A stretch of 52,382 nucleotides of DNA from Paraglomus brasilianum (Eukaryota): the NCBI GenBank assembly GCA_910592345.1, contig CAJVPI010000117.1, positions 1 to 52,382 on the forward strand. The letters run 5' to 3'. Position numbers and translations under genes: made by a program. This document shows, in pieces, positions 11,797 through 24,180 of this stretch; within the stretch, counting starts at the first letter, position 1; each line of letters starts with the position of its first letter. Under the pieces are notes generated by a model. That model did no database searches and was not told where the DNA came from. It saw only the letters and a program-made list of their open reading frames with translations.

Positions 11797-13604
11797 TCAT
11801 TTATTAGCGTTTAAACTTTTCACCAATAACAAAGCAACCAACACATTCTCCAAACCTTTTAATTTATTGCTAAAACTAACCTGAATAGCTTCAATGTATT
11901 CTTTCAATTTATCACTTCCTCTTTCGACAGCAATTTTGACAGCCTCATAATCGGTTGCAGCTTGCTCGGCAAACTTCCTTGCAATCTCCCGTGCTGATAA
12001 TTCTATATTATTCAAATCCAACCCATCAGGCTTGACAGGTTCCTCACTACGGCCAAAGTAGTCTTCAGAAGATATAGAAGTAGCTCCTTGGAATTGACGC
12101 AAACGGTCAGATGCCGCGGATTGAGCCTCAGTGTCGTAGGCGTTACGGCCAAAGAATTGGTCAGAGGAAATAGATTTTTGATTGCCAAATGTTTGTCGTG
12201 CGTAATTTACGTCTGCGTTTGAGGAACTGCGAGTATCTGGATTTAAAATAGATTGTAAATATGAACTAAAGCGTTAGATGGACTCGAAAGTGATTAAAGA
12301 AGGCAAATTGATAAAGAATAAGGGCAACGAGCGGTAAGTAAATAAAATAGCCTTCCATTCACACGCTCAATGGTAACATTGCCCCAGCCTACCATTCTCT
12401 AATGAAAAGAATTTCAGGATCGTTCACGCAATTATAAGCAGATTTTTTTTTTGTTTTTTGTTTTGTTTTGTTTTTTTGCTTTATTCACATCCAACGCCAC
12501 AATGAACCCTACCTTCGTAATCCCTCGAAGTCTTGAACGAATTTGACCCAAATCCTGTATACTTATCCTCTCTTTCCACAGCAGTCTTTTCAGAAGGTGC
12601 ACCAATTGATCCGAAACCCAGCCTCGAAATTCCCATACCGAGTCTATCCATATCATCATTCCCATTCTTTCTGTTTGAACCAATATCTGCCCTCCCGTCT
12701 CCAAAAGAGCTTGAACTATCGGTATACGCTAACCTCGAACTAAACGCTGCTGATTCCTCTGATCGCTCTTGCGCTTGTTCACTGCTGTTACGGGAATAAC
12801 TAGTGCGAACGGAAAATTCTTCTTCCTCCTTGGCTTTTTGTTCCGCTTCTTCAATATTGCGCTTGACAGCAACAGCACCGAGACCTTTTTTAGGCTTTTT
12901 CGACGCGGTGGGTTTTGATAAAATTTTCGATTGAGTTTGTTTGGGTTTTGTGAGCGTAACGGAAGATGACGGCGTCGTCGAGCTGGGCTTTGCATTTCCT
13001 GACAGAAAACTTTCAAAAAAGTCATCATTTTGTACTGAACTCGGTTGCTCGTTCTCTTGCTGCATCAACACAAAGCCAGGATCGTCTAATGCATCTTGTT
13101 TTGCCCGGCGTTGTAATTCTTCTTTGTACTTTACTGCTACGCGAGAGGTATACTTGGCAGTGACGTCTGTTTTATTTAAAATATTGGAACCATGTTTTGC
13201 GAAATATGCAGAGGCAGAGGCGTTGCCGCCCACTTTCATAATGCGGAGTTGATCCCATGTCCACGAGTCTAGAGAGGTGGAGCGAACAAAGCTAATATGG
13301 ACGCCGAGATTGCGATGAACGGAGGAACAGTCGAGGCAAAGATATATTCCATATGTGACGCTCGCCCAGGAAGGATTTTTAGCGTTGCAGTCAAAACACA
13401 TCTTTGATTGAGAGCCGTTATAGTAACGAATATTTGTTTCCAATGGGTATGGAAAGATAAAAAAGAAAAAGTTATTCGCTTCTGTTAGAATCATTTATGG
13501 TGTGTTGAATGGGTTTGACACAATTCTGTTTTTACCTTGTTTGCTCTCTGAGCAGTGAATTTCTTGAACGTTTCGCTGATCTGGGCTTTGGTCGGTTCGC
13601 TCAT
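11797..13604 (-). CDS. GLO3: ADP-ribosylation factor GTPase-activating protein, Glo3/ArfGAP2-3 type (exons 13604-13536, 13401-12513, 12236-11881; final coding exon uncertain)
   Basis: [64 protein letters not shown] zinc finger; duplicated Glo3 motif [14 protein letters not shown] and [16 protein letters not shown] junctions keep frame. Confidence 0.93.
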
Positions 13605-14308
13605 TATGAAGCAGTTTAATTAGAATGTACTAGCAGATCTATTGATGTATAAAGAGATGCTTTGGGAAAACTGGACGTAAAGTGAGAATGTGGTGTAGCG
13701 TGTCACATGAACAATGAGAATAATAGGATTGGTTGGCATATATTTACACCGCAAAAACTATTTATTATAGATTGTCGGTTAGTGTGCACATTTCAAGCTA
13801 TTAACATATTTAGTAATTGTTATATCTATAAATAAGAAATAAGTTTTTGTCGATACTTTGTAAATGGTTTCTTCGCCATCATTTTGGTTAATTCCGATAA
13901 CAATGGTGATCCTTCGACCTATAAGCAGACATTGTAAAAAGATTATTATTATGTTTTCATTTGACAGACCAGCGTTTCGAATCTCAGAGTTTATTTTTTT
14001 TATTGTATATCGAGAAATAAACAATGCATTATCTAGAAAGTACAATTTCAAGAATTATTTATTATTATCCCAGAATGACATTTATCATTATTATTATTAC
14101 TTCTGTATTATCTTCCGTTTGTAATTCTTGGCAGCAATTCTTTATTAGACTAATTTGAAATGGCTAGTTTGTGCTATTCAAGTGGGGCTATTGACAAAAA
14201 ACAATTAAGTCTGTAGAATTGGACAGAACGAATAAGCCAGTGATGGTAGATAATGGGCCTGATTTATTGTAACTTTAGGATATCGTCACTAATTTTGCAG
14301 CTTTGTAT

Positions 14309-16460
14309 TCAGCTTTTGTTATGTATACGAATCCATTTAGCAGCGTCGGGCCACGTTTCAGGTCCCAACAATCGATACTAAGAAAAGAAAAAGTAATCAA
14401 CAATATGCCCCAGTAAACAGGTACCAACGATCATCAAACGTTATTATTATCAACAATCTTCACCCATTTGGGTTAAAAACATACTCACTTGCATAGGTGT
14501 AGGAACACCAAATAACACCAACTTCCAAATCTCAAACCCGAACTTCCATAGCACTTTCGTTAACGATGGGTAACAACCAATCTCCTTTGCAATTGAATCG
14601 CAATACGGCCTCAATTCAATCTCCATGGTATGTCTGGCCGCTTCATAGAAATGCTTGCGATTTCGACCATGGTAGTCCATGATGTGTTTGTCCATCTCTT
14701 CGGGTGAGGGGAGAGGAGGAATCTCGGCTTTGATCAAGGCTGTTACATAGCGGGCTTGAAGTTCACTATTAAAAAATGTGCCGGATATTCATTATTTTAG
14801 CAGTGGAGACTTTTATTGCTGCAACAATGTGTAAGAACTGATCGCAACCGCTTACCACAAAGGCATGAGCGCTCCAACTGGCTGTACAAACCCCAAAAAA
14901 GCGATATTACTCCACCTTGGAGGGAACATAAATTTATATAGCCAAGTAATATTTTCCCTATATTCTCCTTCATCAAAGTTCTTTCTAACAATGTCCCCAC
15001 CGTTGACAACTTCCTTATCCACAAAGCGTACTTCATTGTTGTACCCAGTACAATAAATGATAGCATCAATATTATCAACAATAGTGTTATCAACAAATGA
15101 CACGGATCCATCGGTCGTTAGCGATAAGATATCAGGTTTAACTTCAATGGTTCCGGTAGAAAGTCGTTCAAGAAAGTCCGATTTCACTGTTGGATGAGCA
15201 GCAGACAATGGATATGGCGAGCGGAGGTGCTCGGGGGGTAGGCCGATCGTAAGTGAGATAGTTACACGTAGAAGAAAGTTGGTGATGAAGCGAGGTAGCA
15301 TGCCCCGGAAGCGCGAATTTGAGTGATCAAGTGGGCGACCAAAGAGTACCCTGCGGGGCATGATCCAGGGAAGTGTGCCTTGTAGGAAGAGCAAGTAGTT
15401 GATTGTAAGTACGTCACGCGTGAAAGGGCAATAAGTAACAAGATTTTGATACCTCTTCGACAGACGATGTAGACTTGCGATGCAACGTGCGACAGCTCTA
15501 CGGATATGTCCATGCCGCTGGAAATAATGCAAACTGTTAGATGTTAATTGATATTAAAGAACATCGGCAATCACTTCGTATTGCACCTGTTGCCGGCTCC
15601 AACAACCACGACGCGTTTGCCGGTGTAAGCAAATGGTCTGTAATATATTACTGTTAGTTTTCTTACATACGCGCATGTGTTTGACTCATTAAACAGTCGT
15701 GTCTACTTACTCTCTGTAAAAGTGAGAATGCATCTGCTTACCAGGGAATGTCTTCATTCCTTGATAATTTGGCAACCGAGGAACACTATGGTGTCCAGTA
15801 CATACCATGACATAGTCAAATTCCTCCACATCCTCTTCTCCATCCTTCTTTGTTGATACAATTTTCCATTTCTTTGTCTCTGGAATCATAGACGCGTTTA
15901 ATACAGTCGTCTTGAATCTGATATGTGGCCATAGATTGAAGTTATCCGCATATAGGTCGCCGTATCTATGGGGGAATGTAGATCAATAAATTTATTGATT
16001 CAAAAGAAACGTGTCAATGATCCCGTTTCTTAGCATAATATTTACTCTGATACTTTATAGTGTGGAAGATATGTCGGCCAATCTTCCGGAATTGGAAAAT
16101 CAGAAAATGGCATCTGTAATGCAAGAAAAATGAGCCTTTATAAAATGATAAACTAATACTAATGCGAGGATACATACATGTTCTTTGGAAGTATTGATAA
16201 TCGTACTACGGTATACAGAAGAATGCGGGTTTTGATTTTTCTCGGAGACATCTGTGTATCGCCATAATCCGCCAGTATGATCGCTTTGTTCGAAGCAGAC
16301 AGGTTGCAAGTCAGCGACCAAACATTGCTTAATAGCAATTAAACCAGTAAGACCTTAAGTTAAGCATGTGAGAAAGTTTCGAAGGGGAAAGTATATCTAG
16401 ACCAACGTTCATTTTTATCATACCAGCACCGATAATTGCAACGCGAGGTTTATGGTCCAT
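14309..16460 (-). CDS. Flavin-containing monooxygenase (class B FMO), multi-exon
   Basis: MDHKPRVAIIGAG|LTG (FAD GxGxxG), GGLWRY, VYRSTIINTSKE, VCTGHH, FPGKQMHSHFYR (FxGxxxHxxxY signature), VVGAGNS|GMDIS (NADPH), IIYCTGY, ELQARY, YRLLGP. Stop at ~14309 assumes no further intron. Confidence 0.93.
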
Positions 16461-17379
16461 AGACAGTTTATGATATTATTTGACCAAGCATTTTGGCCGT
16501 GGGATTTGATGTATTTAAAGTTTCGGTTAACGAATAGATTGTAAGCATCAAGAAGTGCGCCTTAACCAAACAACGTAATGAGATCTAGTACTAATCCATG
16601 AGCATTAATTAGTCATAAAGGACAACTATAATCTAGTATATCACAGTACCACTTTCTACAACGTACGCGAATAAACTGAGTATTATTTAACATGTCACTG
16701 AACCCCACACAAGACTAACGATATGATGACTGAACCGCGCAACATATCAGCAAAGAGAAACTGCCGTAAGCACAAAAAAATGGAACAAAGTAAAAGTACA
16801 GCCGGAGACATAACCGCGATAGTTCAAGATTTAATGATGTTGCAAGAGTTGTAAACTTGCCCATCAATACGTTAAACAGATGCCTATCATTAATTTTATG
16901 TGCGTCACGATACCTCACTTCACGCTTGGGGTGCTATATAAGTGAAAGGCCATTTGACATCAAGTCAAATAAAAAGGGAAAAGTCAACAAAGCACAAGCA
17001 GATGTATAGGCAATTAAGTATCTGACTTAAAGGTAGTTAATATAGTGTTACATAAGCCTTTGTCTCAATAACAGTTTCCCCGCGCTGTTTATTAATGTTT
17101 CGGAATGTATTTCACATTCTCGGCCGGGTAGAGTTCATTCTCGTATATTCAGTCCAAGTCCTCATAGAGGAGTCTATCCAAACCAATAAAAAACCGCCAT
17201 ATGTCTACGTGACTTGGTCGAGATGCAACACATGTGAAAGCTGTCAAACAAAGAAGACTAAACACAGTTTCTTCAATCGTGAGCAGTCATTTAATACAAG
17301 CGAATCCGAAAATCAAACGGGAATGGTCTTTGTTTTGTGCCCATAAAGTGATTTTTGACTCTGACACCTAATCTTTTCT

Positions 17380-18640
17380 ATGTCCCTTAATATTTTGAAA
17401 TTCACCACGGTTAAGATTATCGGCAGCTTGATTGGAGGAGTTACAACATGTTACAACTAATCTCGATAAGAAAGATATAACATTTAACATTACCGAAACC
17501 CTTTAACGTTCGTCCTGGATATGATATGAAATATGTCGTGTCAATTATTTTGCTTTTGATGGAAAACGATACGACGAACTTTTCGATAATGAGAGATTAT
17601 TTGATACCTTATCTACCATAAAACAGAACGAGACACCTGTTCAATGGGCAATACGAGTAAGAATTCCATTACAAGATTTGTTAAATTCAGGAAAATTTAG
17701 TATATATCATCGATATTGTCTATTTATGTCATATGGTCAAGGTAAATTTGTCAATTTCAATTATCATAGGCCAAGAATCCATAAAAGTCGTATGGCTATT
17801 TGCTTCGATTGCTGGAAACTCATAAAAATCGATGACGTGAATCCTAAAAAATCATTCCATTTTACTAGACAGAGGTATATTGATTGGCTCGAACCTAAAG
17901 ACATGATGCAGGAACATTGGGATCACGAATGTAATAAACCGAAGGCAAGAATTATACAAATAGCTTATCGAAATTATAAGAATAGACCCGAATCATTAGC
18001 AACCCAAGCTTGGAATGCAATGAGAAATGATGGTACTTCTGATGATGAAAAATTTAACTACTTGTAAAGTAAAAAAATCCTCAAACTCGAGATCAATCCA
18101 ATCAGTGGAGAGCTGAGCAAATTGCAATGTATAAAAGATGTAATAACCCACAAATGCTTAGTTTCTTTCATAATAGTAAATATGAAGAATATTATATTGT
18201 GTATGATTGGATAGGTAGAAAGAAAAACCAATTACGAGATAGATTTAGTAAACATCTCCAACAATTAGAAGTGTAAATATATCAATTAATTCATATATAT
18301 TTATTCGATTAATAACTATTTTTCATCAATATATACTGTATTTCATAATTTTTTGCCTGCAAACTTTTTACGCGCAAACTAATAGTCAATGTTTCATCCT
18401 GATTACAACCCCATTATAGCGAAGCTTCCAAAAAGTCTGGTCAAGAGGGCATACCACAGACTTTTATACCACTCTAAGTCCCCCATTACATCAAAGCAAA
18501 TTTCTGAAAAATGTGATCGAATTGAGGCTTATTTGTACATACATTAGAGGTATATGAAAAAGGATTAAATTGGAAGCGTAAAAAACAAATCCAAACTATA
18601 GAACCACTTAAAAATTTATCGTATAATAGAAAAACTAGTG
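17380..18640 (+). pseudogene. Cluster of decayed intronless ORFs, one with an IQ-like motif; probable mobile/virus-like debris
   Basis: ORF 17678..18067 has CFDC...HWDHEC and ARIIQIAYRNY (IQxxxRxY). Broken coding-like pieces flank it (NETPVQWAIRV near 17630; MFHPDYNPIIAKLPKSLVKRAYHRLLYHSK at 18389). Confidence 0.45.
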
Positions 18641-19043
18641 TCAAGGCACATACAATCATGACTAACCAGGAAACTCAAACCCAAGATACTGTCCCGACCT
18701 GTACTCAGGCACAGGACGTCTCTTGCTTTGCTTGTTTTTATCCTGTCTTTTAATAACCCAGGATTAACCCAATTATTTTTTTCACATTGTTCCGAAGAAC
18801 ATCAAGGTTTTCATTGTTAGAGTCACACAAAGCTTTGATCTGCACTTTCCAACTTCTAGTCACATGAACGTGTCCTCTCACATGATTACTGCTCTTGAAA
18901 TAAATTCAGAAAAATACGTTCTATTTGCGCGAAAGACTATGTCAAATAAAATACACAAATATTTCGATACCGCATATTCCCGATGAAATATTCGCGATTT
19001 TTTGGATAAATGTGATTTAGAACCACTCGGACAGAAGACAGAT

Positions 19044-19603
19044 TGTTATGTTAGGTGTCTTAAGACCATTGCTAATCGCGAGACTGATCGCAGGCGTGAA
19101 AAAGCACAGGAACTACTCGACAGGTATACGAAGGCGAGTATATCTTTTTTTTGAAAATGTAGATAGAGAATAGGTGACGCGTCTAGGATTTACGAGATCC
19201 CCTGACGTTCAAGGTTCCGAGCCGAGTCACAAAGCCAGTGTTGGAGCGTATACGACTTACGAGGTCGTCTTACGTTCAAGGTTACGAGCCGATCTGACAC
19301 TGGCCCTGCTGGAGCGTATACGACTTACGAGGTCGTCTTACGTTCAAGGCTTCGAGCCGACCTGGCAGGAAGAAAAAATAGATAGGACATGTTATTAGAT
19401 AGAGAACATTATTAATTTTCTGAAAGTTTTTTCATTCAGAGTACTCGGCCAGATCGTCAATTAGCAAGAAGTTGGGATAAAGAACGTTCTTATAAGAATA
19501 AATCAGCTGAACCTTCAGTTCACGTCCACCATCCAACGTTTATAGGAGGAGGGACTGTTAGTGGGATTATAAACTCTGAAACTTTCATTTCCGGATCATC
19601 AGA
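19044..19603. mobile_element. Possible solo LTR or repeat element carrying an internal tandem array
   Basis: Begins TGTTATG and ends in degenerate CATCAGA (cf. CATAACA); GC/CpG-richer than the flanks; no convincing target-site duplication. Confidence 0.3.
19190..19360. repeat. Tandem array of three units, period 67-68 bp
   Basis: acgttcaagg at 19205, 19272 and 19340; two near-identical ~50 bp copies tggagcgtatacgacttacgaggtcgtcttacgttcaagg..cgagccga at 19242 and 19310. Confidence 0.9.
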
Positions 19604-19629
19604 AAAGGATCAGAAAAAGGCACAGGTAC

Positions 19630-20170
19630 AGTACCATGAAATTTAATTCGATACTTTTATAATAACCGCAAATTATTAAATACAGATAAAATCAAATGGT
19701 AGCATTGTTTTTATTTTGACCACCCGCATTGTCACAAGTAATCTTTAGACGTTTTTCACCTTTATTCAATCTCTTAATTCCATCGAATACCATACTCAAC
19801 GTACCATTGAGCCTTTACCGATAATTTCGTTTTCATCAAGAACGTAATTAATTTGTTCGCGTATTGCTTCATCTTGTATACCAAATAAATGCACTTTACA
19901 CGGACTAAGATAATAAATCTTGCTTACCTATTGATCAGAATGGGGAACGTGAACGTTTTGCGCTCAATCGTAACTGTAATGAGCAGTAGCATCAACGCTA
20001 CAATAGTCAACTTTACCTCTCGTCATAAAATGCTCATTTACCAATTTTCTCTGTTGTTCTGCTAGTTTCGTATTTTTATTGTAATAATTTCTTTCTAATT
20101 TAGCCTTAACCAAATGTTCTTTGAATTTTTTCAGTAAATCTTTTGCCTCTTCTTCCTTACGAGCATTATA
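19630..20170 (-). mobile_element. Degenerate DDD-type DNA transposase fragment, copy 2
   Basis: DATAHYSYD*AQNVHVPHSDQ, YYLSPCKVHLFGIQDEAIREQINYVLDENEIIGK, LKITCDNAGGQNKNN, with in-frame stops and frameshifts. Confidence 0.75.
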
Positions 20171-20347
20171 CTATAATAATTACAACTACCCCGAGGTTTT
20201 GTTGCAGGAGCGTGACTTGTATTACAGTGAACTCTCCACGAAGTGTGATGCATTTAGGGAGAGTACAGTAAATTCACGTAATTCTGATACTTTATTTAAA
20301 ATATTGATCTATGCTTGTTTGTCGCATCGTATTAGCTTTTTTCTCTC

Positions 20348-21010
20348 TACAGTCAAACCTCGCCATATCGATATTTTCGTTCGGCAAAAATTTATCGGTG
20401 AAGCGGGGTATGGGTTTTTTTATTTTCTCCGATAATATATATCAGGGGTGTCAATAGACTAATAGTTGCGAATAAAATTATCAATAGATGTTTGCTTTTT
20501 CTTTGAAATAGAGTGAGCCAACAAATCACTTCTTAAGCTCCGAATTTTAAAAAGTATGCTTCTATCGTAAGCAAACTCAGCGGGTGGGTTGGAAAGAAAG
20601 TCAGACAACACCTGTAAATTTTCTAAAGCAGACTTAACATTTACAGTAGGATGAATGGTCGATTCTTCAATTTCGTCTTCCTCTTCTAAGAGGGAACGAT
20701 TTACCATAGATACTATCTCATCGTCATTTATATTTCTCCCTTCTATTTCTTTGTCAACGTTCATATATTGCTCCGCTGATATTGAGTTTTCCCAGCTTAT
20801 ACGATCAATAGAAGATTGTAGATTATTCATTTCTAACTCTATAACGTCGTCGTCATCGACGTTCAATTCATCAACAGTTGACGTCTCGTTATCAGGTGGT
20901 AAGATGCCGGTTTTCCTCCAACAATTCTTAATGGTGGTTTCCGTAACAGCACTCCACGCCTCGGCGCAGTAAGTTATAGTATCAAGAATATTAACAGGAA
21001 TAATATTCGA
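20348..21010 (-). mobile_element. pogo/Tigger (Tc1-mariner) transposon 3' remnant: transposase C-terminus plus terminal repeat
   Basis: NILDTITYCAEAWSAVTETTIKNCWRKTGILP ... KKKQTSIDNF is the classic Tigger/CENP-B-like tail; TA-CAGTCAAACCTCG terminus at 20348. Confidence 0.85.
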
Positions 21011-23382
21011 GTTGAGTTTATGAGAAAGATCATGTAAGAACTCACTCACATGAACCTTTCCCAGGTGGACATCAAATATCAAATAAGCATCAGGAGATAT
21101 TGAAAGAACATCCCATAGTTCAATTGTCCAATAGGGTGGGTACATTTGGTAACATAGTGAAATGATGGATCGCACCCAAAAGTTTTTGCCACCAAGCCAT
21201 CTTATTATTTGCAGTTCGTTTTTTGATATGATGCTTGTTTCTAGTTGTCAAACATAATAAGATACAAGTTAGCATAAATCATTCAAACCATTCTCCCACT
21301 TTAATACACCATTGTCTAAGATTAGGTTCAAGAAGCAAACAGCATATCAAAGCTGCTCAAATAAATGGGATATATGGTGATATAATAACATTACTCTCCT
21401 CTCCCTCCGTTTGACCCCATGACTACTCTATAAACCCCCGTCGCTCCTCTATTAACCCATAATGTCTCTTGTCCCTCGAGTTCGTATAACCCAGCTCTGC
21501 TACGATTCAGCTCGTCCCAACCGATGTGTTGTCACCATTCGTAACTATCCTCCCAAAAAACGTGTATTCATTGCTTGCTTACCTTGTTTAGACTCATTAA
21601 ATTTATCGGCAGTGTTCAAATATCCTACACCGTCCGCGCGTTCTCGTTTATGGTTTTTGGTACTTATCTCTCCAAACAATGTACCATAGGCTGGCTTGCA
21701 GACATGGGTATGTTTCACTATTTCATTTCAAATGCTAGAATACTAATACAACACACTGTGACCGTTAAAGAAGAAAGGTTGCAGTAGATGTTTGCATCTA
21801 TTAACAACTATTCTTAAAAGTGTTTTCTCTTCAATTTCCCAAGCTATTGAGTAGCTTGGATAACAATATGCAAGCCTTTTTCTCTCGTGACTAATAGCTT
21901 CTTCTTCAGTGACATCAGAAAGAAGCAAAAGAACGTGTGCGCGTTTATATCTTGCTGTGCATATCACACGTTGTGGAACAATCGCATAATTGTCCAATTG
22001 TTGCCCGGTAATTAAAAAAATTTTTTATTTATTAATTTAGATGTAACCCCGCATCTACCCTAATAATTTACTTTGCTATTCCGCAATTATATATTCTCCA
22101 GTGACTCAAAACCATCGAATAAAATAATTTACGCCACTGGTCTTCCCGTAAAATGAATATATTTATTATTCCCCCACCACCAAAATCAATACTCTTGCTA
22201 ATTATCACCAACTTCTTTAGTCACTCAAAGCAGTTTTTCCAATCGCAATCTGAACAAATACAGTAGCTAAAATAATAAATCGCTTGTACATGTAATACTA
22301 CCAATATAATTTTATGAAGTATTTATAAACGCGAGCTATACTCCACGTTCACACAGTACTTTTGACGCTATGTCACACAATTTACTAGATGTCTTCTCTC
22401 ACTTACTGATTATGACAATGCATACAATTAGATGCTTCATCATACTTTTTTTACCAGACCCTTTTCAACGAGCATAAGCCTCCAAGTAATCAATTTTTGC
22501 TTTAACTAATTCGCAACTCTCCCAGGTAATCTTCATCAACAAACAATTGGAAATTAAACTCACTTCTTCACAATGTCATTTGCCCACTGATGGTCATCGT
22601 AAACAAAAAACACCAACACAAAGGCAAGAAAACACACAATCATTAATTTATCACTCAAGTAAAAAATCTTAGCTCTTAATTATCTCACCACATGTATCAG
22701 GTAAATTACAATAGCAATTGTTCAAAAATGGTCTCGATTGTATTACGCTAAACCGAAAATCGTAAACACACGACAACCAATTGGCAATGAAACGCATTTC
22801 TCCACAATATCATACAGTCATCCCCATTGTCCGAAGCATAGCACAAAAAGCACCATTGACAAGAAAGCCGTCCACCACATCTGAAACGGAACTCGAGTCA
22901 TTCAGTTTCGAATGAAGAAGTAAATCCCGACGAAGAGGCGTGCAATGATATGCACGCTGAACCGATTGAAGACCAAACATAAAATAATAATTGCAGTACA
23001 CCCAAATCAAGGCGAACGACTGTCCTCGCGAAAATTAGTTCACGAAAAGTAACTGTTTGCTTATTATATTAAACTTAAATAGATTATTATGTATTATTAA
23101 AACATTCATCAAACGCTCTGAAACTACACTGAATACCTCCTTTTTTTAAAGAAAAACTCTGTCATTGCTCAAATAATACTGTGCAAACTCTACATTTTTA
23201 TTTTGAACAATACTTTCTTCTATTGCTATTACCATTGTTTTTTTTTTAACTGTTGCCTGTTTTTAATAAAATAAATTCATATCTTACCACGCGATTGCAT
23301 ATTTTTAAAGTATCATTAATATTAACTTATATCATATTTATTTGCTCCGGGAACTCATCGTTATGGAATGTATGATGCGTCA

Positions 23383-24180
23383 GTAACGCAAGAAAAATGA
23401 GCCTTTATAAAATGATAAAATTAATACTAATACTAATGCGACCATTTACGGATACATACACGTTATTGGTAATCGTACTACGGTATACAGAAGAATGCGG
23501 TTTCTCGGAGACGTCTGTGTATCTCCATAATCCGCCACTTTGTTCGAAGCAGACAGATTGCAAGTCAGCGACCAAACATTGCAATTAAACCAGTAAGACC
23601 TTAATTTAAGCACGTGAGAAAGTTTCGAAGGGGAAAATCAATGTTCATTTTCTATCATACCAGCACCGATAATTGCAACACGAGGTTTATAGACATATAG
23701 TTCAAGATTTAATGATGTCGCAAGAATTGTAAACTTGTCCATCAATACGTTAAACAATACCTTATGTGCGTCACGACACCTCATGATAAATATTTTACAC
23801 CTGGGGTGCTATATAAGTATTGGCATCAAATCAAATAAAAAGGGAAAAGTCAACAAAGCACAAGCAGATGTATAGGTAAATAAGCATACTTAAAATGGTG
23901 TTACATAAGTTTTTGTCTCAATAACAGTTTTCCCAGCGCTGTTTATTAATCTTTCGAAATGTATTTCACATTCTCGGTTCATTCTCCCAATAAAAAACCG
24001 CCATATGGGTCTACATGACGGAGGTGAATTCTTGCTGCAACACATTTGAAAGCTATCAAACAAAGGAGACTAAACACAGTTTCTTTCGATCATGAGCAGT
24101 CATTTAATACAAGCGAAATATGCGAGGCCGGAAAATCAAACGGGAATGGTCTTTGTTTTGTGCCCATAACGTGATTTTTT
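23383..24180 (-). pseudogene. Partial direct duplicate of the FMO first exons and upstream region (16116-17356)
   Basis: Colinear near-identity (e.g. gcaagaaaaatgagcctttataaaatgataaa; cataccagcaccgataattgcaac; aaaatcaaacgggaatggtcttt) with many short deletions, loss of the ATG, and loss of roughly 16470-16820. Confidence 0.92.

Noticed and set aside
13402..13494. Start of the 337 aa ArfGAP ORF
   Set aside because: Intronic; the true first exon is 13604-13536.
19190..19365. CRISPR array or tRNA
   Set aside because: Eukaryotic context, only three units, repeats much longer than spacers, no cas genes; no cloverleaf, and the B-box-like motif has an extra base.
21462..23010. Short ORFs including a Cys-rich patch near 22830-22880
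   Set aside because: Interrupted by stops, with only weak resemblance to a zinc finger; not assignable.
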